Assembly (NCBI GenBank): GCA_964510585.1
Contig: CAZECW010000063.1
Location: 1-25,858 of the forward strand
Origin: an uncultured archaeon
GTDB taxonomy: Archaea > Asgardarchaeota > Jordiarchaeia > Jordiarchaeales > Jordiarchaeaceae
Direction of reading: 5' to 3'
Length of the DNA stretch: 25,858 bases
Shown here: piece by piece, positions 25,658-25,858 of the stretch
How positions within the stretch are numbered: position 1 is the first letter of the stretch
Layout of the letters: every line of letters begins with the position of its first letter
Made by a program: the position numbers and the translations under genes
The notes under the pieces: generated by a model
Database searches by the model: none
Told to the model about the DNA's origin: nothing
What the model saw: only the letters and a program-made list of their open reading frames with translations

Positions 25658-25858
25658 ATGAGTTCGTCTAAGGCTGGGCTTGAGGAGAGCGCTGCTAGGA
25701 TTCTATTTTTAAGTGGAGTTAAACTTTTAGCCCAGGGCGAGTTTGAGAGGGCTCTTAGAAGGTTCGAAAAGGCTTCAGAAATTTTCACTGAAAAGGGTCT
25801 AAAGTCTGAGATGTCTATGTGCTATAGGCAAATGGGAATTGTTTACACTTTTTATGAG
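25658..25858 (+). CDS. TPR-like protein, 3'-partial (runs off the window; absent from the ORF track)
   Basis: Hand translation gives MSSSKAGLEESAARILFLSGVKLLAQGEFERALRRFEKASEIFTEKGLKSEMSMCYRQMGIVYTFYE, which fits the TPR G-x6-A-x3-F/Y-x2-A pattern. Confidence 0.8.
   Translation, partial: MSSSKAGLEESAARILFLSGVKLLAQGEFERALRRFEKASEIFTEKGLKSEMSMCYRQMGIVYTFYE

Noticed and set aside
25588-25788. 66-aa minus-strand ORF
   Set aside because: Antisense shadow of the + strand TPR gene starting at 25658.
1-25858. CRISPR arrays, transposases, integrases, rRNA
   Set aside because: No regularly spaced direct repeats, no DDE/HUH/tyrosine-recombinase motifs and no rRNA signatures were seen by eye.

Overview
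An archaeal chromosomal segment. This is supported by GGTGA/GGAGG ribosome-binding sites, BRE+TATA promoters, an archaeal-type protein disulfide oxidoreductase, an AEP/PriS-like primase and an MTH1187-family protein; an Asgard/TACK-type host is only a guess. The window is dominated by metal and ion homeostasis. It holds a DtxR-family repressor-feoB operon with two palindromic operators, a Ni/Co ECF transporter split into Q-O and M-N units with a perfect 28-bp NikR-like palindrome, a P-type ATPase with Na/K-pump-like transmembrane motifs, and an unannotated 45-aa desulforedoxin-like 7-Cys protein. It also has two toxin-antitoxin pairs, tandem EamA transporters, an M24 peptidase-like protein, an alpha/beta hydrolase, a cupin, a 5-formyl-THF cyclo-ligase, a WYL-like ORF at the left edge and a partial TPR protein at the right edge. 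Two genes are interrupted by a single in-frame stop: a class III aminotransferase (TGA right after the PLP lysine) and a VapC (TAA). The most unusual signals are a gene-scale sawtooth G+T/A+C strand skew, a pseudoknot-capable RNA-like element at about 3.24-3.33 kb, several micro-ORFs missing from the ORF track, and a His/Arg-rich insert in FeoB. No rRNA, tRNA, CRISPR array or transposase was found. All assignments are by eye from motifs; no database search was run.
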